Position numbers and translations under genes: made by a program | Assembly: GCA_034421335.1 (NCBI GenBank) | Contig: DAOUKL010000021.1 | Coordinates: 921-64,920, forward strand | Direction of reading: 5' to 3' | Source of the DNA: Dehalococcoidia bacterium | GTDB taxonomy: Bacteria > Chloroflexota > Dehalococcoidia > Lucifugimonadales > Australimonadaceae | Length of the DNA: 64,000 nucleotides | Part shown: positions 15,581-23,811 of the stretch, piece after piece | How the letters are laid out: the number at the start of each line of letters is the position of its first letter | Position numbering within the stretch: the stretch's first letter is position 1 | Notes under the pieces: generated by a model | Databases searched by the model: none | Seen by the model: the letters and a program-made list of their open reading frames with translations, nothing else | What the model was told of the DNA's origin: nothing

Positions 15581-17482
15581 TTACTCGGCAGTCGAGCTGT
15601 GGGTCTTCTGAGCGGCCTCGGGGAAGAAGGCCCTGAGGGTCTGCTGCACGATGCCGTCGGCGTCGAGTTCGAGCTGGCGCCGCTGCGAGGCCGCCGTGCC
15701 CTGTTCGATAAACGCGTCGGGGAAACCGATGCGATGAACAGCGATGTCTCGCTCACCGGCGTCGTTGAGGGCCTCGATCACCGCTGAGCCGAAGCCTCCG
15801 GCGAGGACGTTCTCCTCGACGGTGACGATGCGTCCCGTGGTCCGCGCGATGTCGAGCAGCAGATCGATGTCGAGCGGCTTCACGAAGAGGGGGTTGACGA
15901 CGCCGCACGCGACGCCGTAGTCGGCCAGCCGGTTCGCGGCCTCCAGGGCGGCGGCGGCGGGCTTGCCAAGCGCGAAGATGGCGACGTCCTTGCCTTCGCG
16001 GACGACAGCGCCCTTGCCGATGGGGAGTCTGCGGAGTTCGGGGTCGAGCGGGACGCCGGTCGCGGCGCCGCGGGGGATGCGTATGGCGAAGGGCCCCGGG
16101 TGCAGATAGGCGGTGTAGACGAGGTGCTGCAGGTCATTCTCGTCGCCGGGAACGGCGACGATGGCGTTGGGGATGCAGCGCAGGTAAGAGATGTCGAACG
16201 CGCCCTGGTGGGTCTTGCCATCTTCGCCGACGATGCCGGCGCGGTCGGCGATGAGTTTCACCGGAAGGTTCTGCAGGCAAACGTCGTGCACGATCTGGTC
16301 GAACGCCCGCTGCATGAACGTGGAGTAGATGGAGACGAAGGGGTTGAGGTCGCTGGCGGCCATACCGGCCGCCATGCTGACGGCATGCTGCTCGGCGATG
16401 CCAACGTCGAAGACGCGTTCAGGGAACTCGCGGCGCACGGACTCTAGCCCGGTGCCTTGGAGCATGGCGGCTGAGATGCCGACGACGCTCTGATCGCGCC
16501 GCATGATCGTCTTGAGAGCGTCTGCAACTACGGCGGAGTAAGTGGGCGCCGCGGCGCCCGAGGAGCCAAGGGGCGAGCTTGGCTGATGAAAAGCTACCGG
16601 ATCGTTCTCGGCGGGTTCGTAGCCGTGCCCCTTATGGGTGATGACGTGAACGAGCGGGACGAGTCCTTTGCTGGCCTTCGCCTGCCTGAGCGTCTCTTCG
16701 AGCTGCGCGACGTTGTGGCCGTCAACGGGGCCGATGTAGCGGAATCCAAGATCGGACCAGAACGTGGTGGGGACGATGATGCTGTCGACGGCGCCGCCGA
16801 AGCGTTTGACGAGCCCGTAGAGGAGGTCCCCCTTCGGGGCGATGGTGGCGATGTCCTGAACGCGGTCTGCGAGGTACTGGTACTCGGGACGGGTGATGAT
16901 GCGCTTGCGCCAGTTGGTGAGGAACCCGATGTTCTCGGAGATGGACATGCCGTTGTCGTTGAGGACGACGACGAGGCGTTCGGGGTTGAGGTGAGCGATG
17001 TTGTTGAGGGCCTCGAAGCTGGAGCCGGAGGTCATGGCGCCGTCGCCTACGACGCCGATGGTCCAGGAGTTGACGTGGCGCGTTGCGGCTCCCTGGGCGA
17101 TGCCGAGCGCAATGGAGAGTCCGGTGCCGGCATGGCCCGCGGCGAGCGTGTCGTGCGGGCTTTCGAGAGGGTCGCCGAACCCCGACAGGCCTCCCTCTAG
17201 GCGGATCTGCTGGAACTCGTCGCGCCGCCCGGTAACCATCTTGTGCGCGTAGCACTGGTTGGTGGTGTCCCACACGATGCGGTCGATGGGGCTGTCGAAC
17301 ACGCGGTGGAGCGCCAGGGTGAGCTCCACAACCCCCAGATTGGAGGCGAGGTGCCCGCCGCGCTCAGTGATGACGGAGACGATGGTCTCGCGGATTTCCC
17401 CGGCGACCTGGTCCAGCTCTTCCAGGGTGAGCGGCTTGAGGTCGCTGGGTGAGTCGACTTGATCTAACAGACGCGTCGCCAC
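15581..17482 (-). CDS. dxs: 1-deoxy-D-xylulose-5-phosphate synthase
   Basis: 633 aa with a GTG start preceded by GGGAGGGAGGG. The N-terminus ...LLDQVDSPSDLKPLTLEELDQVAGEIRE, the TPP-binding GVVGDGAMTSGSSFEALNN and the IAEQHAV motif are typical of DXS. Confidence 0.95.
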   Translation of the reverse strand: MATRLLDQVDSPSDLKPLTLEELDQVAGEIRETIVSVITERGGHLASNLGVVELTLALHRVFDSPIDRIVWDTTNQCYAHKMVTGRRDEFQQIRLEGGLSGFGDPLESPHDTLAAGHAGTGLSIALGIAQGAATRHVNSWTIGVVGDGAMTSGSSFEALNNIAHLNPERLVVVLNDNGMSISENIGFLTNWRKRIITRPEYQYLADRVQDIATIAPKGDLLYGLVKRFGGAVDSIIVPTTFWSDLGFRYIGPVDGHNVAQLEETLRQAKASKGLVPLVHVITHKGHGYEPAENDPVAFHQPSSPLGSSGAAAPTYSAVVADALKTIMRRDQSVVGISAAMLQGTGLESVRREFPERVFDVGIAEQHAVSMAAGMAASDLNPFVSIYSTFMQRAFDQIVHDVCLQNLPVKLIADRAGIVGEDGKTHQGAFDISYLRCIPNAIVAVPGDENDLQHLVYTAYLHPGPFAIRIPRGAATGVPLDPELRRLPIGKGAVVREGKDVAIFALGKPAAAALEAANRLADYGVACGVVNPLFVKPLDIDLLLDIARTTGRIVTVEENVLAGGFGSAVIEALNDAGERDIAVHRIGFPDAFIEQGTAASQRRQLELDADGIVQQTLRAFFPEAAQKTHSSTAE

Positions 17483-17566
17483 AAAGGGCCCTCCCTCCCA
17501 AAACGGAGCGGTTCCCCTATTGTAACCCCATGGCCAAGCCGCTTCACGTTTTTGAGAGACCGACTC

Positions 17567-17629
17567 CGCCCTCTTCGGGCGTCCTCCTTGCCCTCCCTCT
17601 CACGCGTCGGAGGGGGAGAAGGCGTGCGC
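17567..17629. repeat. Degenerate third copy of the 292-417 repeat family
   Basis: ccgccctcttcgggcgtcctccttgccctccctctcacgcgtcggagggggagaaggcg shares the gccctct..ttcgggc[ag]tc[ct]cc core. It also ends in a ctccc.../ggagggggaga hairpin. It lies in the dxs-recR intergenic space. Confidence 0.4.
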
Positions 17630-18267
17630 TAGAAGCCTTGGCGGCCTTCAAATGCCTTTTTGAGCGTGAGGTTGTCGGCGTACTCGAGGTCGCCGCCGAC
17701 GGGGAGACCCCGCGCGAGGCGGGTAATCCTCGGGCCGAGCGGGCCAGCCACCTGGTGGACGTACATGGCGGTCAGTTCGCCTTCGACAGTAGCGTTGGTG
17801 GCGACGACGATCTCCTCAATCGGCTCGTTGGCGATGCGCGCGAGGAGTTCGCGCACGCGCAGGTCGTGGGGGCCGACTCCCTTCATGGGGTCGAGCACGC
17901 CGTGGAGCACGTGATAGAGGCCGCGGAAGGCGTCGGTGCGCTCGAGGGCGAGCACGTCGAGCGGCTCCTGGACGACACACAGGCGCGTTTGGTCGCGTGA
18001 GGGGTCGGCGCAGAGGCTGCAGGGGTCGGACTCGGTGATGTTCTGGCACCGGGAGCAGAAGACGATGCGCTCCTTGACGGCGCCTATGGCGTCGGCGAGG
18101 TCGCGGGCTTCTCTGTCCGGCATACGGATGAGGTGATAGGCGAGGCGCTGGGCCGATTTCGGGCCGACGCCGGGCAACTTGTGGAGCTGCTCGATGAGCC
18201 TCGCGACGGGCGGCGCGAGGGAGGGATGGAGCGCCTCGGAGAAGCCCTGCGAGTCGGGTGAAGTCAT
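17629..18267 (-). CDS. recR: Recombination protein RecR
   Basis: It has the helix-hairpin-helix LPGVGPKSAQRLAYHL, the zinc finger CSRCQNITESDPCSLC and a Toprim segment. It lies downstream of dnaX-ybaB, as in the classical operon. Confidence 0.95.
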   Translation of the reverse strand: MTSPDSQGFSEALHPSLAPPVARLIEQLHKLPGVGPKSAQRLAYHLIRMPDREARDLADAIGAVKERIVFCSRCQNITESDPCSLCADPSRDQTRLCVVQEPLDVLALERTDAFRGLYHVLHGVLDPMKGVGPHDLRVRELLARIANEPIEEIVVATNATVEGELTAMYVHQVAGPLGPRITRLARGLPVGGDLEYADNLTLKKAFEGRQGF

Positions 18268-18275
18268 GGCGCGCG

Positions 18276-18578
18276 CTACATGCCCGGGATCTTGAAGCCG
18301 CCGGTTATGGCGCCGAGCCGCGCGGACGCCAGTTCCTGCGATTTCGCGAGCGCCTCGTTCACCGCCGCGAGCACCATGTCCTGCAGTATCTCGACGTCCT
18401 CGGGATCGACGGCCGAGGGATCGATGACGATCGACTCGATGGTCTGTTTGCCGGTTGCGACGACCTTGACGGCGCCGCCGCCGGAGGAGGTCTCGACGCG
18501 CTCTGCCTCGAGGTCTTCCTGGGCCTTGGCGAGCCGGGCCTGCAACTGCTGGGCTTGCTTGATCATGTTTCTATTCAT
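18276..18578 (-). CDS. ybaB: YbaB/EbfC nucleoid-associated protein
   Basis: 100 aa, MIKQAQQLQARLAKAQEDLE...GGGAVKVVATGKQ.... The ATGA overlap with the dnaX stop is at 18575-18578. Confidence 0.9.
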   Translation of the reverse strand: MNRNMIKQAQQLQARLAKAQEDLEAERVETSSGGGAVKVVATGKQTIESIVIDPSAVDPEDVEILQDMVLAAVNEALAKSQELASARLGAITGGFKIPGM

Positions 18579-20269
18579 GGCGTTACTTCCTCTTCCGGCG
18601 GAGCGGGGAGCACATCGGAGCCCGTCTCCGACTCTTCCTCGAAGGGGGGATGAGCGGCGTCACTCTCGGAGACGACCTGGCCGCCTATGCTCTGAGCGTA
18701 CTGGACCATGTGACTGCCCGCGTTCGGCGTGTTCGGGGCCGCGGCGCCGGCGTCGCGGGCGCTCTCGACTCGCACGGTCAGGCTGTCGCCCAGAGCCTGT
18801 TTGAGCACGTTCTCCACCTCGAGCTTGCATCGAGGGTTGTCCAGTTCCGACTGGAGGCGCTCGCTGTTCGATTGGTGCGAGAAGACGACGACCAGCGTGT
18901 CGCCGTCGACCCGGCGGGTCGACGAACTGCGCAAGAGCGCCGCGACGTCGAACTTGGTCCTCGGCACGCGGCCGAGGGACTTCAGTATGGCGGGCCACTG
19001 GGCGTCGAGGCGCTGCTGCAGCGGCGCCTCGGGATCGTACGGGGGCGGCCCCGGCGGGTCGGATCGCCCCGGAGGAGGCGTGAACTGCGGGGGACGCTGG
19101 CGGGCGGCCGCCGGCGGGCGGGGTTGTGGCGTCGCGTAGCGCCCGGGCGCCGGCTCGGCGATGGCCTGGGGCGCCGGGGCCGGCGGCGACGGCGCGAGCG
19201 CAAGCTCCACCGCGGCAAGTTCGAGCGGGAGCGGCGAAGGTTGGTCGAACCGGAGCGACGCCTGCCCAAAGAGCCGGAGCGCGCGCATGATCTGCTCGAT
19301 GTCCGCGCCCGCGGCGGCGGCCGCGAGCTGCGACTGCGCGTCGGCGGAAATATCCAGGGCGTCCGTCACGCCGCTCTTGATGAGCAGAGTGGCGCGGAGG
19401 TAGTCGACCGTTGCCCGGTGCAAGGGACGCAAATCGACGCCCTCGCGCGCGACGCTGTTGATGACCTCCAGCGCCTCGGAAGTGTTCCCCGCAAGCAGGC
19501 GCTTCACGAGGTCGAGCGCCTGCTCTTCACCGCCTGCGCCGAGCATCTCGCGCACTTGCTCGTCGGTGAGCTGCTCTCCGAACGACGTTATGAGCTGGTC
19601 GAGCAGGTTCGTTGCGTCGCGCAGGCTGCCGCCCGCGGCGCGGGCTACGAGCCTGAGCGCCTCCGGAGAGGCGTCGACGCCCTCGTCGCGCGCGATGCTC
19701 TCCAGGCGCTCGACGATGTCGAACATGGCTATGCGGTGGAAGTCGAAACGCTGGCAGCGGGAGATGATAGTGGCCGGCAAGCGGTGGGGCTCGGTGGTGG
19801 CAAGGATGAACACGGTGTTGGGCGGGGGCTCCTCCAGCGTCTTCAGGAAGGCGTTGAATGCGTCGTTGGTGAGCGCGTGGGCCTCATCGATGATGTAGAC
19901 CTTGTTCTGACCCACCGTGGGGGCGAACCGCACCTTCTCGCGCAGGTCGCGCATCTCGTCGATGCCGCGGTTGCTGGCCGCGTCGATTTCGATGAGGTCG
20001 ACGAAACTGCCGTTCTCAATCGCGCGGCAGTTGTCGCACAGTCCGCACGGGTCGCCGACGCCGGCAGGGCGATTCGTGCAGTTGAGGGACTTCGCGAGCA
20101 CGCGGGCCGTGCTGGTCTTGCCGGTGCCTCGCGGCCCGCAGAGGAGGTAGGCGTGCGACGCGCGGTCGCTCGCGACGGCGTGGGTGAGCGTCTGGGTGAT
20201 GGGCCCCTGCCCCACGATGTCGGCGAACTTCGGCGGCCGCCATTTCCGGTAGAGCGCCTGCCCGCTCAC
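18575..20269 (-). CDS. dnaX: DNA polymerase III subunit gamma/tau
   Basis: It has Walker A (GPRGTGKTS), a zinc module (CGLCDNCRAI), YIIDEAH and SRCQRF motifs, and a Pro-rich linker. The GTG start at 20267-20269 overlaps the ybeY stop (GTGA). Confidence 0.95.
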   Translation of the reverse strand: MSGQALYRKWRPPKFADIVGQGPITQTLTHAVASDRASHAYLLCGPRGTGKTSTARVLAKSLNCTNRPAGVGDPCGLCDNCRAIENGSFVDLIEIDAASNRGIDEMRDLREKVRFAPTVGQNKVYIIDEAHALTNDAFNAFLKTLEEPPPNTVFILATTEPHRLPATIISRCQRFDFHRIAMFDIVERLESIARDEGVDASPEALRLVARAAGGSLRDATNLLDQLITSFGEQLTDEQVREMLGAGGEEQALDLVKRLLAGNTSEALEVINSVAREGVDLRPLHRATVDYLRATLLIKSGVTDALDISADAQSQLAAAAAGADIEQIMRALRLFGQASLRFDQPSPLPLELAAVELALAPSPPAPAPQAIAEPAPGRYATPQPRPPAAARQRPPQFTPPPGRSDPPGPPPYDPEAPLQQRLDAQWPAILKSLGRVPRTKFDVAALLRSSSTRRVDGDTLVVVFSHQSNSERLQSELDNPRCKLEVENVLKQALGDSLTVRVESARDAGAAAPNTPNAGSHMVQYAQSIGGQVVSESDAAHPPFEEESETGSDVLPAPPEEEVTP

Positions 20270-20844
20270 GGCGTCGTCCCCCTTCCCTCATGCGCCTTCT
20301 CGACAAGACCCGTCGCTCCCTCGCCCTCAGCGGACCCGACGCGCGCAACCTCGGAGCGGCAGGCGGCGAGGGCCTTCACCTCGAGCGCCTTCATCTCCGC
20401 CTCCTCGTCCGGTTCCGCGTGGTCGTACCCCAACAGGTGCAGCGCCCCGTGCACGACGAGCAGCGCGACCTCTCCCTCAACCCCTACATTGTGCTCGCCG
20501 GCCTGGCGCGCCGCCAAGGGATAGGAGACCACCACCTCGCCGAGACTCGGGACTTCTCCCGGCGCCGCTGGAAACGCCGCAGCAGCGCCGTCTTCTCCAG
20601 CCGGTTCGCCGCGCTCCCCGAACGAGAGCACGTCGGTAACCTCGTCGAGTCCGCGGAACCTGCGATTCAGTTCGCGAAGCGTTTCGTCGTCAGCGACGAC
20701 GACGCTCATGGACGCCTCGCCGTGGGGGTCGGCGACGGCGAGCGCGGCGGCGGCGGCCCTCCGCACGTCGGCGGCCTTCGCAAGTCCTCGGAAGGGGGCG
20801 AATACCTGCACGTCGATCCGCCGTTTTCGGGAGCGCGGAGTCAT
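20266..20844 (-). CDS. ybeY: rRNA maturation endoribonuclease YbeY
   Basis: It carries the zinc-binding signature HGALHLLGYDH. At 192 aa it has a ~40-aa C-terminal extension relative to the usual ~150 aa. Confidence 0.9.
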   Translation of the reverse strand: MTPRSRKRRIDVQVFAPFRGLAKAADVRRAAAAALAVADPHGEASMSVVVADDETLRELNRRFRGLDEVTDVLSFGERGEPAGEDGAAAAFPAAPGEVPSLGEVVVSYPLAARQAGEHNVGVEGEVALLVVHGALHLLGYDHAEPDEEAEMKALEVKALAACRSEVARVGSAEGEGATGLVEKAHEGRGTTP

Positions 20845-20894
20845 GGGGAGGGGATGGTAGCACAGCCCTCCGCCCGGCCTCCCGGGGAGTCCTC

Positions 20895-21680
20895 CTACGG
20901 CGCGTCGGGGTCGTCGGGGAGGCCGTAGCCGGTCGCCTGGAGGAGCCTGACATAATGGTTCCAGGCGAAGTTCTCAGCGCCGGAGATGCGCTCCCGCCAA
21001 CCGCCGGGCTCCCTGGGCGCGCCGGGGCCGTAACGTCCCATGTCGCGGTCGGACAGCAGCACCGGTTCCCGCCCCGACAGCGCGATCTCCCACATGATGC
21101 GCGACAGCCGGTCGAAACGGATGGCGAGCGCCGTGGCCTGCTCCACAGTGGGAGCGTGCACGCTGATGCCATGTCCGCGCATGAGCACGACGTCGCGCTC
21201 GCCCATGCAGGCGAGCATCTCCGCCGCCTGCTGCTTGTCGGTTACGGTTGCGGCGCGGGGGTAGACCGGCACGCCCTTGGTGACGATGCTGAGCGATGCG
21301 GGGTCATAGCCGCCGAAGACGGGTTTGTACTCGATGGCGGTGACGCCGCAGAGGAGGGCGTACCACGGGTGAGCGTGCACCACGGCGCCGGCCTCCGGCT
21401 TGGCGCGGTATATCTCCCCGTGTATGGGCGTTTCGTTGGGAGAGGCGTGCTCCGGCCCGACGTGCTCCCCCTCCCCGTCGAAGTCGGCGCGCCGAATGTT
21501 GTGCACGCCGGTGAAGGCGATGCCCTCTTCCTGCCCGCCGCGACAGCGGATGTACATTTCGTCGGTCTCCGGGATGCGGGCGCTGACGTGCCCGGTCGAC
21601 TCGTTGACGAGCCCAAGCATGCCGAGGATTCGGCAGGAGACAGCGACCTTGTAGCGCAGTTCGTCGTTGACGTCGGCCAT
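20895..21680 (-). CDS. Class II aldolase/adducin-domain protein
   Basis: 261 aa from ATG at 21678-21680, preceded by GAGGAGG. Strings GHVSARIP, AVVHAHPWY and VLMRGHGIS are typical of the metal-dependent class II aldolase fold. The longer ORF reaching 21971 was trimmed. Confidence 0.8.
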   Translation of the reverse strand: MADVNDELRYKVAVSCRILGMLGLVNESTGHVSARIPETDEMYIRCRGGQEEGIAFTGVHNIRRADFDGEGEHVGPEHASPNETPIHGEIYRAKPEAGAVVHAHPWYALLCGVTAIEYKPVFGGYDPASLSIVTKGVPVYPRAATVTDKQQAAEMLACMGERDVVLMRGHGISVHAPTVEQATALAIRFDRLSRIMWEIALSGREPVLLSDRDMGRYGPGAPREPGGWRERISGAENFAWNHYVRLLQATGYGLPDDPDAP

Positions 21681-21794
21681 CACAACCTCCTCGCGGGCGA
21701 GCCGTTCCGCTCTGAGCGTCGCCGCCACGATACCCCAAGCCGGGCCGCGCCGCACGACGCAGGCGTCCCGACTCCCGCGCGGCGCGGGGCGGCG

Positions 21795-21823
21795 TTGACA
21801 GTAGACGAGGGGGGTGGTAGTTT
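21795..21823 (+). promoter_or_regulatory. Candidate sigma-70-type promoter for the ABC ATPase gene
   Basis: A perfect TTGACA (21795-21800), a 17-nt spacer, then TAGTTT (21818-21823). It lies about 110 nt upstream of the GTG at 21932. Confidence 0.4.
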
Positions 21824-21931
21824 CCGCGCGTCCTCGGAGGCCATCGCCGGGGACGGCGTCCCGCGTCTCCCCTATGGCGCGGCGGAAGACTGCGGAGCGC
21901 GGAGTTGCGCGCTCTTTGAGGAGGACGCACC

Positions 21932-23128
21932 GTGGCCGATTCAGGAAGTCCCGAAACCGCAACGGCGGCAAAGTCGAACTCCGGGCCCCTGCCCGCGATG
22001 AGGCTCCAGGGCCTCAGCAAGACCTACCCCGGCAACACCGTTCCCGCCGTCAACGAGCTCACTATCGACGTGAACGACGGCGAGATTGTGACGCTGCTCG
22101 GCCCCTCCGGCTGCGGCAAGAGCACTACGCTGCGCATGGTGGCCGGCCTCGAGAACCCCGACGCCGGCACGATCCACTTCGGCGAGCGGCCCGTCGTCCT
22201 CACCGACGCCGGCTTGCGGGTGCCGCCCGAGAAGCGGGACGTTGGCATGGTGTTCCAGTCGTACGCGATCTGGCCGCACATGACGGTGGAGGAGAACATC
22301 GCTTTCCCGTTGAAGTCGCGGCGCTTCAGCCGGCGCGACATCAAGGAGCGCGTCACCCGGGTGCTGGACCTCGTGGGGCTTCCGGGACTCGAGAAGCGCC
22401 CGGGCCCGCTGTTGAGCGGCGGCCAGCAGCAACGCGTCGCTCTCGCCCGCGCTCTGGTTACCGAGCCCAGCGTGCTATTGCTGGACGAGCCGTTCAGCAA
22501 CCTGGACGCGAAGCTTCGGGAGCAGATGCGGATCGAGGTGAAGCTGATGCAGCGGCGCCTCAACATTCCGGTGCTGTTCGTAACGCACGACCAGATCGAG
22601 GCGTTGAGCCTGTCGGACAAGATTGCGCTCATGAACCTGGGCGTGGTGCAGCAGCACGGTTCGCCGCGCCTGCTGTACGAAGAGCCGGCCAACGAGTTCG
22701 TCCGTGACTTCGTAGGCAAGACCGTGCTGTTCCGGGGCGAAGTGCGCTCGAGCAACCCCGCCGGACAGGTCGCCGTAGCAATCGACGGCGCCCCGAACTG
22801 TGTGGTGTTCGGGCGCGGTTACGACCCCGAGGGGTTCCCGACCGGCAGTTCGGTGTTCATCGGCGTCCGCCCGGAGGACGTCGATATCGTGCCGGCGGAC
22901 GGGGATGTCCCCCCGGCGGGGACGACCGGGGCGACGGTCGATACGGCATTGTTCATCGGAGAGCGGATCGAGTACCAGGTGGATGTGGACAAGCAGCACC
23001 AGATGTTGATCTACGGCGAGCGTCACCATCCAATCCCTGAGGGAAGCCGGGTGTGGCTGCGGCTCCGCCCCGAGGGGCACAGCGCCTGGAGTTCGGATTG
23101 GTCGCACTCAAACACCGAAATGGTCTAG
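21932..23128 (+). CDS. ABC importer-type ATP-binding protein (MalK/PotA/CysA-like, with C-terminal regulatory barrel)
   Basis: GTG at 21932 is preceded by GAGGAGG (7-nt spacer); an alternative ATG at 21998 has no RBS. Motifs are Walker A GPSGCGKST, signature LSGGQQQRVALAR, Walker B LLLDEPFS and an H-loop (VTHD). Confidence 0.85.
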   Translation: MADSGSPETATAAKSNSGPLPAMRLQGLSKTYPGNTVPAVNELTIDVNDGEIVTLLGPSGCGKSTTLRMVAGLENPDAGTIHFGERPVVLTDAGLRVPPEKRDVGMVFQSYAIWPHMTVEENIAFPLKSRRFSRRDIKERVTRVLDLVGLPGLEKRPGPLLSGGQQQRVALARALVTEPSVLLLDEPFSNLDAKLREQMRIEVKLMQRRLNIPVLFVTHDQIEALSLSDKIALMNLGVVQQHGSPRLLYEEPANEFVRDFVGKTVLFRGEVRSSNPAGQVAVAIDGAPNCVVFGRGYDPEGFPTGSSVFIGVRPEDVDIVPADGDVPPAGTTGATVDTALFIGERIEYQVDVDKQHQMLIYGERHHPIPEGSRVWLRLRPEGHSAWSSDWSHSNTEMV

Positions 23129-23204
23129 CGCCTTCGGGCCCCCCGTTCGGCAGCGGGGCATTCCGCCCCTTCCGACACCGGCAGGCAGTAGAGGAGAAGG
23201 AGCG

Positions 23205-23801
23205 GTGAGGCTCGCCCTGCTGGCGGCGCTCGCCCCGCCGTACTACCTTGCCGTGAGCGCAATCGCCACGCTCCTTGCCCCGAAGGAGTACCGCTCATCG
23301 TTGCACACGATGAGCCAGCTCGCCGCGCCGGGCGTGCCGCATCCGAGGATCATCAACGCCGGTTTCATCGGCTATTCCGCGCTGGTGCAGGGGCTGGGGC
23401 CGTTGCTCAGCCGCGAAGCCGGCGGCGGATGGCGCGGTCGGTTCCTATGGGGTCTGGTGGGGGCGTACGGGCTCGGCGGCATTCTCGCCGGGATCTTTCG
23501 CGCCGGGAGCTTCAGGAAGGTGGCGCCCGGCGTCAACGAGAATACCGCGCACAGAGGGGCGAGCGGTCTCGCGTTCGCAGCCATCCTGGGCCTCATGCTG
23601 CTCTCGCCGTTTGCGCTGCGCCCACGCAGCAAGTGGGACCGGTGGCGCGCATTCTCGCGAGCGATGTTCGCGGCGACTTGCGCGTTCGCGCTGCCGTTCC
23701 ACGCGCGGCCCCTGCGGCCGCGCCGGGGGCTCCTACAGCGCGGCGTCTTCGCCACGACAATGGCGTGGGTGTTTGCGACGTCCTTGAAGCTGCGGCGGTA
23801 G
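23205..23801 (+). CDS. Small polytopic membrane protein (possibly DUF998-like)
   Basis: 198 aa with a GTG start preceded by GAGGAGAAGGAG. About six hydrophobic segments are visible. The family assignment is from memory only. Confidence 0.45.
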   Translation: MRLALLAALAPPYYLAVSAIATLLAPKEYRSSLHTMSQLAAPGVPHPRIINAGFIGYSALVQGLGPLLSREAGGGWRGRFLWGLVGAYGLGGILAGIFRAGSFRKVAPGVNENTAHRGASGLAFAAILGLMLLSPFALRPRSKWDRWRAFSRAMFAATCAFALPFHARPLRPRRGLLQRGVFATTMAWVFATSLKLRR

Positions 23802-23811
23802 CGGAGCGCGC

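Noticed and set aside
13762-15636. 624-aa plus-strand ORF
   Set aside because: It is antisense to hpnC and the polyprenyl synthase gene. The minus-strand products carry clear catalytic Asp-rich motifs and this frame carries none.
18575-20269. Programmed -1 frameshift site in dnaX (gamma versus tau)
   Set aside because: I looked for an A-AAA-AAG-type slippery heptamer on the coding strand and saw none. This cannot be excluded without a proper scan, and there is no evidence for it.
18650-20524. 624-aa plus-strand ORF
   Set aside because: It is antisense to dnaX and ybeY, both of which have unambiguous signatures. It is a shadow ORF.
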